Shown here: positions 18,189 through 26,672 of the stretch, piece by piece
Position numbering within the stretch: position 1 is the stretch's first letter
Layout of the letters: each line of letters begins with the position of its first letter
NCBI GenBank assembly: GCA_035253645.1
Contig: DATFBW010000257.1
Location: 1-63,919 of the forward strand
DNA from: Gemmatimonadaceae bacterium
GTDB taxonomy: Bacteria > Gemmatimonadota > Gemmatimonadetes > Gemmatimonadales > Gemmatimonadaceae
Length of the DNA stretch: 63,919 nucleotides
Direction: 5' to 3'
Notes under the pieces: generated by a model
The model's input: only the letters and a program-made list of their open reading frames with translations
The model's database searches: none
Told to the model about the DNA's origin: nothing
Program-made: the position numbers and the translations under genes

Positions 18189-20114
18189 CTAACGGCTACG
18201 CATGGCTGAGAGTGAGTCGGGGCGGGCGCAATCGTAGATGGCGAAGGCGTTAGGTCCATCCCCCAGCCGCCGAAAGAGTTGGCATGCGGCAACGATGCGC
18301 TGGAATTCAGCCCGCATCCGCGCGTTATGCGGGGGATGCTCGAACGGCAATGACCAGCGAAAAACGTGCAGGCCGGGCTTTGGATACATCGAGACGTCGT
18401 AGAACGGATTGTCGATCACAATGGCCGGAGGCTGGCTGGCGAGAACCGCATTGACAGTGCTGTCCGGGCTGGACCGACTCGTGGCTCGAAATCCGATCGG
18501 TGTCGCACTGGGATATGGGCGCTTCGTAAAGTAGTTGTAGCCGTTCGTGTAGCCATAACCAAACAGCGGACGTCGTCCGGACGGATCGAGCGAATCGACC
18601 GTCGATTTGATTGTCCGAAAGAGGGCCCCAGCAATTGGCGCGGCGCGATACGATCCGCGCGGCGTTTCGATAGTCGGCTGCGTACCGCGCGCGGTGAGGG
18701 CGCCTCGCGCGAGCTCATGGTACGCGTACATCCCGACAAAGGCATACAACGCGCAAGTCGCCAACACCGCGACGCGGCGCGCGGGCACCTCTGCGATCCA
18801 TGCCGTGAGCAGCGCAGCGTACACCGGGATCTCGATCAACACCGTGAACCATTCCGTAAACTCGAACTGCCGGCGCGCACGCAGCGAGAGCGCGAAGCCG
18901 ATCAACAAGAGCAGCCATCCATTGTGATCCCGCGAGAACCCTTGCCGCGTGCCTCGCACAAGTAGCGTGACCGCCACCGCGAAAGGAAGCAGGAAGGGAA
19001 TGACGTGACGAAAGCCACGCTCAACAAGCGAATTGAAACTGAAACGGAGGAACGCTCGAACATTCCACGGAATGTTCGCGAAGCCGCTCTCGATCTGCGT
19101 GTTATCTCCCGAAAGCTGGCCAGCAGCTACTGCGGTACCCACGCTGTACGCCTTGCCTAACCACAGAAGCAGCCCCGCACAACACACAGCCAGAGCGAGC
19201 GTGGGGACGCGCCAGCGTCTTTGCGCAGGAGGACGAGCCCACTGCACAGCGCCGGACACTACTGCGACCAGGCCCGCGAGGATCACGATCTCGATCGTCA
19301 GAATCTCGAGCGTAGCTGCGCCACGGTTCGCTTGCTGGCCGACCAGGCCGAAACCTCGTACGATGTCGAATACCATCGTCGCGTCGGTCTGCGCGGCGAT
19401 CACCGCCGATCCAGCGAGGACAACGCATACAGCAGGCGTTATAGAGGCTGCGACCAGCTTCCAACTTCCCCAGTGGTTGCGGCGCGGTAAGGCGTGCCAT
19501 CCCACGACGGCCACCGAGTAGGCAGCGGCGATCCAGTAATCGTGTTTCGTGAGGACGGCGAGTCCGGCGGCAGCCGACGCGAGCACGGCGTAGCCGATGG
19601 CGGAACGCTGCATGAACGTCAGAGTAGCACACCACGACACGAGAATGAAAAGGAAGCCGAGTGGACCCGCCGGACTGTACGAGCCTAACGGTAACGGTGC
19701 GGAACCGAGGTTTGCGATGGCGACCGCTAGCAGGACGGTCACACCAGCGATCAGCCCCTGCAGTTTGGGCGGCGTAACGAGCCTAACGTACCACACAAAT
19801 GCGGCGACGATGCTCCCGTAGACGATGCTCGTCACCGCCCAAACACCTGCCAGGTCGACACCCGTGAGGCGGGTCGCACCCCCATATATCCAGATCGAAA
19901 GCGGAGGGTACGGCCAATGGAAATCACGGTACGGCACGAGCCCGTCGTGCGCGCGCGTGATCAGATCCATCATATACCCATAATCGCCCCAGAACACCGT
20001 GGTGTGTCCCCACGTGGCGATCGCGTGGAGCGCCGCGATAGTGCCTGCCACCACGAGCGCAACGAGCGTGTCGCGACGTTTCACCTCGGCGATGCCGGAT
20101 GCCTCACGCATCAC
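18189..20114 (-). CDS. Large polytopic membrane protein, function unknown (GT-C-like or polymerase-like candidate)
   Basis: 641 aa with at least 12 hydrophobic segments and a C-terminal soluble domain. Its stop TAG is followed 2 nt later by the next ATG. Confidence 0.45.
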   Translation of the reverse strand: MMREASGIAEVKRRDTLVALVVAGTIAALHAIATWGHTTVFWGDYGYMMDLITRAHDGLVPYRDFHWPYPPLSIWIYGGATRLTGVDLAGVWAVTSIVYGSIVAAFVWYVRLVTPPKLQGLIAGVTVLLAVAIANLGSAPLPLGSYSPAGPLGFLFILVSWCATLTFMQRSAIGYAVLASAAAGLAVLTKHDYWIAAAYSVAVVGWHALPRRNHWGSWKLVAASITPAVCVVLAGSAVIAAQTDATMVFDIVRGFGLVGQQANRGAATLEILTIEIVILAGLVAVVSGAVQWARPPAQRRWRVPTLALAVCCAGLLLWLGKAYSVGTAVAAGQLSGDNTQIESGFANIPWNVRAFLRFSFNSLVERGFRHVIPFLLPFAVAVTLLVRGTRQGFSRDHNGWLLLLIGFALSLRARRQFEFTEWFTVLIEIPVYAALLTAWIAEVPARRVAVLATCALYAFVGMYAYHELARGALTARGTQPTIETPRGSYRAAPIAGALFRTIKSTVDSLDPSGRRPLFGYGYTNGYNYFTKRPYPSATPIGFRATSRSSPDSTVNAVLASQPPAIVIDNPFYDVSMYPKPGLHVFRWSLPFEHPPHNARMRAEFQRIVAACQLFRRLGDGPNAFAIYDCARPDSLSAMRSR

Positions 20115-20265
20115 GCAACTCGCTCGTTAGGCGACCGCACAGCGTGTCGGCCGGTGGTACACCGCTTGCTTGACGAGTTACGACGGCCTCTGTTCGACCG
20201 TCCCAAGTTGACTCTGAGCCGACGCGCCCCCGTGGCCCTCCCGCGAACTTCAGCCGACTGACGCG

Positions 20266-21186
20266 ATGCATATCGTCTTGTTCTGCGCCACTAATCGCGG
20301 CCTCGAGTTCTTGCTCAAATTGCGAGCGTGCTGTCCGGACGACGAGCTGACAGTCGTCAGTTTTCGCGAAGAAACCTGGGAACCGCCGTTTCTTGACCGC
20401 ATACGCTGTGCAGCCACCGAGGCCGGCGCGACCTTCATCGAGAGGAGAAACGGATCCAGTCAAACGAGTGAGCTGTGGACGCGGCCTGTCGATCTCGCGT
20501 TCATGGTCAGCTGGCGCTACCTCATTCCGATGCATCTGCTCGATCGCGCGAAGTTAGGCGCCGTTGTCGTACACGATTCGTTGCTGCCTGCCTATCGCGG
20601 ATTTTCCCCCACCGTATGGGCGATGGTTAACGGCGAGCCCGAATGTGGGGCGACAATGATCCATGCCACCGCCGAAGTGGATGCTGGCGACATCATCGAC
20701 CAAGTGCGCATCGCAATCGCACCGGACGACGTTATTGCAACGGTGATGGACAGGGTTACGGCTGGGTATCTGACGATGCTCGAGCGCAACATCGACCTGC
20801 TCAAAAGCGGCCGCGCTCCACGGATGCGACAGGATCCCAAGCTGGCGACCTTCACTTGCAAACGCACACCGGGCGACAATCTGATTCAATGGCATCATCC
20901 CCTAACGCGCGTGCACAACTTGATTCGCGCAGTAGGTCGTCCGTATACCGGAGCGTTCACATTCCATAACGGGGCGAAACTGACCGTTTGGAAAGCTCGC
21001 ATCGACGCGTCCGCGCGCACGTTCGTCGGCGCGATACCTGGTCGTGTCGTCGAGATCAGACCGGGCCACGGCGTTGTGGTTCTCACAGGCGACGGGTCGC
21101 TTCTCGTCGAGACCGTGCAACCAGAAGGCGGTCCCGAAGTCTGCGCGGCAGACTTGATCACGAGCGTGTCGACTCAGTTGGGATGA
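20266..21186 (+). CDS. Formyltransferase (Fmt/ArnA-N family), candidate sugar N-formyltransferase
   Basis: HDSLLPAYRGFSPTVWAMVNGE..GATMIHATAEVDAGDII matches the formyl_trans_N catalytic region. A C-terminal OB-like domain is present. Confidence 0.8.
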   Translation: MHIVLFCATNRGLEFLLKLRACCPDDELTVVSFREETWEPPFLDRIRCAATEAGATFIERRNGSSQTSELWTRPVDLAFMVSWRYLIPMHLLDRAKLGAVVVHDSLLPAYRGFSPTVWAMVNGEPECGATMIHATAEVDAGDIIDQVRIAIAPDDVIATVMDRVTAGYLTMLERNIDLLKSGRAPRMRQDPKLATFTCKRTPGDNLIQWHHPLTRVHNLIRAVGRPYTGAFTFHNGAKLTVWKARIDASARTFVGAIPGRVVEIRPGHGVVVLTGDGSLLVETVQPEGGPEVCAADLITSVSTQLG

Positions 21187-21214
21187 CCTAACGCCACATC
21201 GCGGTCGCGCGCAT

Positions 21215-22075
21215 CTATACCGGCAATTCCGCGTACACGCGTTTGAGCTCGATTTTTTCGACCGGCATGCCTGCGGTATCGTACGCAGTGCGCTGGCGAT
21301 CCGCACAGCGCCGCTTCCAGATACGACCCAGATCGCCCCACGGGACGATGTATTTCGCGATCAGCGTGAGGTAGCCGAGCGTCGTTATGCTCGTCACGAC
21401 TTTGCTCTGGCTTCGCTTCTGATCGTAGCGCAGGACGAAACCCACCTCGCCAACGCGCGCACCCATCTGCCGGCACTTGATCAACTTCTCTACGGTGCCC
21501 GTGAACCCCATTCCCTTGAGGTCGATGAACTGGTTGCCGTAGATCCCGATCGCATCCTGGATCAGCGCGACACGATATGCCCGAAAACCGCTCGTGTATT
21601 CCCACACGTTGCGCATCGGGAAGACGAATTTCATCAACAGGTTCGCGCAACGGCTGATCGTTTTGCGATACCAATCCAGACCGATCTGGTCGCCGCCAGG
21701 TGCATAACGAGAGGCGATCACGACTTCGCATCCTTGGCGTAGCCGCTCCACCATCGCAATGATGTATCGCGGGTCGTGGGTGTCGTCGCAATCCATGCGC
21801 ACGACGACGTCACCGCGCTGCCCAACTTCGGCTATGTATTCGAATCCATCACGGGCCGTTTCTCCCAGGCCGCGATTGATCTTGTGCGTGATGACATGAA
21901 TAGGATACCGCGCACTGAGCTCCTCGAGGATGTCTGCAGTGCGGTCACGGCTCCCATCGTTTACGACGATGATCTCGTAATCCGCGTCCAGCTCACGCAT
22001 GACGCTCTCGATCTTCTCGGCGAGCGGCTGTAGCGCGTCCTCTTCGTTGTAAGCTGGCAGTAGTACGTAGATCAT
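21215..22075 (-). CDS. GT2 polyprenyl-phosphate hexose synthase (Dpm1/Ppm1-like)
   Basis: MIYVLLPAYNEEDAL, IIVVNDGSRDRT and VVRMDCDDTHDP. Strong GAGGAGAAGGA Shine-Dalgarno upstream of ATG 22075. Confidence 0.8.
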   Translation of the reverse strand: MIYVLLPAYNEEDALQPLAEKIESVMRELDADYEIIVVNDGSRDRTADILEELSARYPIHVITHKINRGLGETARDGFEYIAEVGQRGDVVVRMDCDDTHDPRYIIAMVERLRQGCEVVIASRYAPGGDQIGLDWYRKTISRCANLLMKFVFPMRNVWEYTSGFRAYRVALIQDAIGIYGNQFIDLKGMGFTGTVEKLIKCRQMGARVGEVGFVLRYDQKRSQSKVVTSITTLGYLTLIAKYIVPWGDLGRIWKRRCADRQRTAYDTAGMPVEKIELKRVYAELPV

Positions 22076-22654
22076 TCCTTCTCCTCTTGGTCCTGCCTCG
22101 CCTGGGCGAGTGAAAATACCGCGCCGACCGGATCGAACGATGTGCAATTGTCGCTGCTGAGAAACGAGCGATCGCTGGACTCACGCGGGACGTTGCCCGG
22201 TAGGATTTGCCGTGTATCAGCGGCCACTCGCGCCGCCGCCAGTTCGCGGCTCTGCCTCGCGCAATTATCGTGCGCTCCGCACGTCATCACCACGCCAGAG
22301 TCATCTCCGTAAGCATAAGTGGTACAATAGATTAGGCCTGCCGCCCCAGCGCGCAGAGTGGGCCCCTGCAATACCTTGCAGGGCACCGGGAGGGGCATGC
22401 ACAGATCCTGTAAACCTCAGTCAAAAGAGTGCCCTGGGGGGCGAGGTCGCGGTAATACTCCGCGGGGAGCCGACGTCGCTTCCGAGGCTGCGGTTGCTTT
22501 GCGTTCGAGAGGAATCCACCCTAGTGCTGCGCGGCTGCAACGCTTACGTAGGACTCGTCCGGCCGCTGCCACATATCATTGGAGCGCGCTAGGCTAGCGT
22601 CACCACATTAGCCCGTGGCTAGAGTGGCCGCATGATTGCGCTCCGCACCTGCCG

Positions 22655-25264
22655 ATGTCCCCCCAAGTATCTGTACTAAAGATCGGTCTTAGCCCCAGCT
22701 TAGTCGGGTCCGCACCAGAGGCGCACTACGCCCTGAGAACGCTGGCTCGGATCGCCGGTTACGCGACGGAATTCGCGTGGGCGGATGATCGCGAAGGGCT
22801 CTGGGACATCTACTGGGGACCAGCAACTGCCAGCGTACGCGCGCGCGTCCGCATCGATGCCCTCGCGGATGTCCGCCGAGTCGACGGTGCCGAGCCACGG
22901 ACATTCCATACGCAAGATGATATCGGCTTCATCGATTTCGACGGGGAACGTCGCGGGTTCACTCGAGAGAGCGACGGCAGCACACACTTCCGAGGCGATA
23001 TAGTCGCCACATGCTACTGGCTTCTGACGGGGACCCGCGAGCCACACTATCGACGCGACCGACACGGAAGCGCGTATCTCGACGACACCTTCCTCCAACG
23101 TCACGGGCTGCTCGCGCGGCCGCTCGTTTCGGAATACGCATCATTCCTTCGGGCGGTATTCCGCGATCTCGGTTTGGAACCTCGCCCCCTTCCGTGGACG
23201 GAGGACAAGAGAGCCGCCTTTCTGTTCACGCACGACGTCGATTATCCGCAGATGATCCGCTGGGTCGAGTGTCTGCGCCTAACGCGCCAACGCGGATTCC
23301 GTGCGCTGCCGTTGATCCGGGATGTCCTGGGAGGGAGGAGTCATTTCTGGAAGTTCGCCGACTGGATCGGCTTCGAAGACCGGTTTGGCGTTAGGCCTGC
23401 GTTTTTCTTTTCTGCACGACAGGGCTCGTTATGGGAATACGCGACCGGGACGCCGGATTGTTTTTACGATGTGCGGTCACCGGGCTACCGCGCCCTGTTC
23501 GATATGCTGCGTGAGAACGGCTGCGAGATCGGCCTTCACGCGTCGTACAATGCCTATCGTAGTGCGGAGCAGCTGGCTGGCGAGCGCACAGCGCTGCAGC
23601 AAGCGTCGGGCACCGCGATCGAGGGAAACCGGCATCACTACTTCCATCTGAATCCGGATGCGCCGCACGAGACGCTCGCGATGCACGAGGCCGCGGGACT
23701 CGCGTACGACAGTTCACTGGCGTTCGCATACTACCCGGGGTTCCGCCGAGGTACTTGCCATCCATTTCACGTCTATCTCCCCGATCAGCGCCGAGAGCTG
23801 CGCATGTTGCAGCTTCCCGTCGCGTGGATGGACGACCACTTCCATCGCTGCCTGCAAAGAAACCGCATTGCCGATCCCGAGCTGGCCGCGACGGAATTGC
23901 TCGCTGCAGTGAAGCGCGTTGGCGGGATCGCCACTGTCGATTATCACGTGCGTGGGATGAACGCGGACTTCTTCCCGCAATATGGTCCGTGGCTGGCTGC
24001 GTTCGCCGAGCGGCACCTCGATTCGCGCCTGCGCTACCTAACGCCTCGTGAGGTCGCGAAGCAGTACGCGGCTTACGAGCAGCTCCTCGAGGCGAGGTCG
24101 CGCGACTTCCTGCAACGCGAAGCTGTCGCGTTAGGCACGGCGCACGGTGCCGCTGTCACGGCGGACGGGGTCCAGCAGCGCAGGGATAGTGCAGCTGCCA
24201 CGTGCACAGTCGGTCTCTTGCAGCCCCACGAGCACGCCGCATGGGATGCCTTCGTCGAAGCGCACCGCCACTCGACGATCTACCACACGATCGCGTGGAA
24301 ACAGGTTACCGAAGAAGGTCTGGGGCATCGCAGCACGTACCTTCGCGCGTTGAATAGCGCCGGGGAGATTGTCGGCGTGCTCCCGTTGTTCACGGTGCGC
24401 GCGATCGACGGGCGATCACTCGTTTCTGTTCCGCTGCGCGACAAGGGTGGCCCGCTGGTTACGTCGAGCGAGGTCGCGTACTCGCTCGCCGCCGCGGCTG
24501 GACAGTTGGCACGCACGATTGGCGCGAAGCGAGTAGCCCTCAAGTATCCCCCGGACGGTCATGAAGCGGCGCTGACGTCGGCGGGCTTTGCTGAAGAACG
24601 ACATTGGGTCACGACCGTGGTGCCAGTGGCGATGGGTGAAAAGAAGCTGTGGAACGATGTCTTTCGATCGCCGACGCGGCGGGCGGTGAACAAGGCTCGG
24701 AATTCAGGGCTGGTTCCGCGCTGGAGCACCGACGAGAACGATTTGCAGGCCTTCTATCGCGCGTTCTTGATGACGCGCAAAAAGTTGGGCGTCCCGGCAT
24801 ATCCGTATGCGTTCTTTCGCGCAGCCTGGCGGTACTTGTTCGCGAAGGGCCAGCTCCGCCTGCTGTTGGTGGAAAAGGACGGTGTAGCCCAGGGTGCGTT
24901 GCTCGTGATGCCTTACAAGCGCGAGGTCGTCTCCGCCTATATGGGATCGAACCCCGATGCGAAGGATGCACGAGTCAACGATCTGCTCTTCTGGGAAGCC
25001 ATCCGCTGGTCGTCCGAGGCGGGATACGAGTCCTTTTACTTCGGCGCGGACTCGCCGCTACAGGAAGGCCTGCTTGCCTATAAGCGGAAATGGGGCGGCG
25101 AGCAGTTTGCGATTCCCAACTACTTTTACTCGACCAACGGAGTCGTGCAGCGCTCCGCGGATAGCAGCAGCCCGCGCTACGCACTGACTCGTAAGGCAAT
25201 TTCCTTGATGCCAACGCCTATTTTTCGCGCGTTCAGCTCATGGGCCGCGCGTAAGCTCTGGTAG
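22655..25264 (+). CDS. Fusion protein: N-terminal polysaccharide deacetylase-like domain plus C-terminal FemAB/CelD-like acyl(aminoacyl)transferase domain
   Basis: 869 aa. FLFTHDVDYP and GLHASYNAY lie in the N-terminal half. HSTIYHTIAWKQV, YMGSNPDAKDARVNDLLFWEAI and YKRKWGG lie in the C-terminal half (FemAB/GNAT Acetyltransf_6-like). Confidence 0.6.
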   Translation: MSPQVSVLKIGLSPSLVGSAPEAHYALRTLARIAGYATEFAWADDREGLWDIYWGPATASVRARVRIDALADVRRVDGAEPRTFHTQDDIGFIDFDGERRGFTRESDGSTHFRGDIVATCYWLLTGTREPHYRRDRHGSAYLDDTFLQRHGLLARPLVSEYASFLRAVFRDLGLEPRPLPWTEDKRAAFLFTHDVDYPQMIRWVECLRLTRQRGFRALPLIRDVLGGRSHFWKFADWIGFEDRFGVRPAFFFSARQGSLWEYATGTPDCFYDVRSPGYRALFDMLRENGCEIGLHASYNAYRSAEQLAGERTALQQASGTAIEGNRHHYFHLNPDAPHETLAMHEAAGLAYDSSLAFAYYPGFRRGTCHPFHVYLPDQRRELRMLQLPVAWMDDHFHRCLQRNRIADPELAATELLAAVKRVGGIATVDYHVRGMNADFFPQYGPWLAAFAERHLDSRLRYLTPREVAKQYAAYEQLLEARSRDFLQREAVALGTAHGAAVTADGVQQRRDSAAATCTVGLLQPHEHAAWDAFVEAHRHSTIYHTIAWKQVTEEGLGHRSTYLRALNSAGEIVGVLPLFTVRAIDGRSLVSVPLRDKGGPLVTSSEVAYSLAAAAGQLARTIGAKRVALKYPPDGHEAALTSAGFAEERHWVTTVVPVAMGEKKLWNDVFRSPTRRAVNKARNSGLVPRWSTDENDLQAFYRAFLMTRKKLGVPAYPYAFFRAAWRYLFAKGQLRLLLVEKDGVAQGALLVMPYKREVVSAYMGSNPDAKDARVNDLLFWEAIRWSSEAGYESFYFGADSPLQEGLLAYKRKWGGEQFAIPNYFYSTNGVVQRSADSSSPRYALTRKAISLMPTPIFRAFSSWAARKLW

Positions 25265-25292
25265 GCGCTCCTCACTGAGAACCCGAATCGAC

Positions 25293-25949
25293 ATGGTAGC
25301 CGCGAAACAACACACGTTTTTCAGCCCGCAGCTCATCGTCTGGACAGTTGTCTGCCTGGTGGTCGCGTTAGGCCCCTTGGCGATGGGCGTGACAACGGAA
25401 TGGTTGCGACCGATGGTCTGGCTCGCCGTCGTCCTGGGGTACCGCTGGTTCGAGCAGCGGGTGTTCACGCCGCGAGAAATTCACGGAGCGCGCAGATCCG
25501 AGTGGCTGTTCTACTCCATCTGGGCAAGCCTTGCAGGTAGCATCATCCTGCCGCCTATCGAGTTCGCGATCGTCCAGCGCCCGCTCTCGGTCCCGTGGAT
25601 GGTGTTTGGCGTAGCGCTCGCATTGCTGGGGACATGGTTACGCTACCAAAGCGTGAAGACAATCGGCGAGCATTTCTCGACGCACATCGAAGTCCGCCCG
25701 GGTCATGAGCTCGTGGACACGGGTATCATGCGTGTGATCCGCCATCCTGGTTATGCCGGCGTGATGACGTTTACGGTGGGCGCTGCGCTCATCCTGCAGA
25801 GTTTCTGGAGCCTGCTCTTCATCTGTCTTGTGTTCTGGACGACGCAGTTCATCCGGATCGTGCACGAAGAGGAAGAGCTCGGGAATAACCTTGCGGGGTA
25901 TCGCGAATACATGAAACGGACGAAGCGCCTGATTCCCTACGTCTTTTGA
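25293..25949 (+). CDS. Isoprenylcysteine carboxyl methyltransferase (ICMT/PEMT) family membrane methyltransferase
   Basis: 218 aa, 4-5 TM. GIMRVIRHPGYAGVM and the C-terminal EEEEL...YREYMKRTKRLIP signature. Confidence 0.75.
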   Translation: MVAAKQHTFFSPQLIVWTVVCLVVALGPLAMGVTTEWLRPMVWLAVVLGYRWFEQRVFTPREIHGARRSEWLFYSIWASLAGSIILPPIEFAIVQRPLSVPWMVFGVALALLGTWLRYQSVKTIGEHFSTHIEVRPGHELVDTGIMRVIRHPGYAGVMTFTVGAALILQSFWSLLFICLVFWTTQFIRIVHEEEELGNNLAGYREYMKRTKRLIPYVF

Positions 25950-25969
25950 GTCACTCGGGCGCAGAGCTC

Positions 25970-26641
25970 ATGCCTAACGCTGGTGCGCCGACGCCGACGC
26001 AGCCGGTTCTATTCACCCGGCAGCTGCTGCTGTTTACGGCGGTTTGCGCCGCGGTCGCACTCCTCCCCCTGTTGCTGGGTCCGCGCCGCGAGATGCTCCG
26101 TCCGGCGATCTGGTTAGGCGCCGTTCTGACTTATCGCTGGCTCGAGCAATCGGTCTTTCGTCCGAGTCCCGTGCGGGGCGATCGTGTGGCCGAATGGATG
26201 TTTCCCTTCATCTACCTCGGCGTGACAGGCAGCTTCCTCCTCCCGGCGCTGGAATTCGCTCTGCTTCCGCGTCCGTTGTCAGGCTCGGTGCTGACCGCGG
26301 GCCTGGTGCTCGCCGCTTTCGGAACGTTGCTGCGCTATCGCGCGATCGATGCGTTAGGCGAGCAGTTGTCGACCCACGTGGAAGTGCGTCCCGATCACCG
26401 ATTGGTCGATCACGGCGTCTACCGTCACGTGAGGCACCCGGGGACCACGGGGGCCATGATCTTCCTGCTCGGCGCCGCGCTCATCCTGCATGCGTATTAT
26501 AGCCTCATCTACATCATCGGCTTTCTGTGGGTCGTGCTCATCGTGCGCATGTTCGTAGAAGAACGCCACTCCGCCGCGCGTATGCCGGGATACCGGGAGT
26601 ACATGCTGCGGACCAAACGTGTGATCCCGTTCATCTTTTAG
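25970..26641 (+). CDS. ICMT/PEMT family membrane methyltransferase, tandem paralogue
   Basis: Same architecture: GVYRHVRHPGTTGAMIF and YREYMLRTKRVIP. ATG 25970 (ATGCCTAACG) preferred over the TTG at 25946. Confidence 0.7.
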   Translation: MPNAGAPTPTQPVLFTRQLLLFTAVCAAVALLPLLLGPRREMLRPAIWLGAVLTYRWLEQSVFRPSPVRGDRVAEWMFPFIYLGVTGSFLLPALEFALLPRPLSGSVLTAGLVLAAFGTLLRYRAIDALGEQLSTHVEVRPDHRLVDHGVYRHVRHPGTTGAMIFLLGAALILHAYYSLIYIIGFLWVVLIVRMFVEERHSAARMPGYREYMLRTKRVIPFIF

Positions 26642-26672
26642 GACGAGCCATACCTAACGAGCGCGGAGTCTG

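Noticed and set aside
22212-22597. ORFs of 126 and 79 aa inside the long spacer.
   Set aside because: They have no ribosome binding site, a biased Arg/Ala/Pro composition and no recognisable domain, so they are more likely non-coding.
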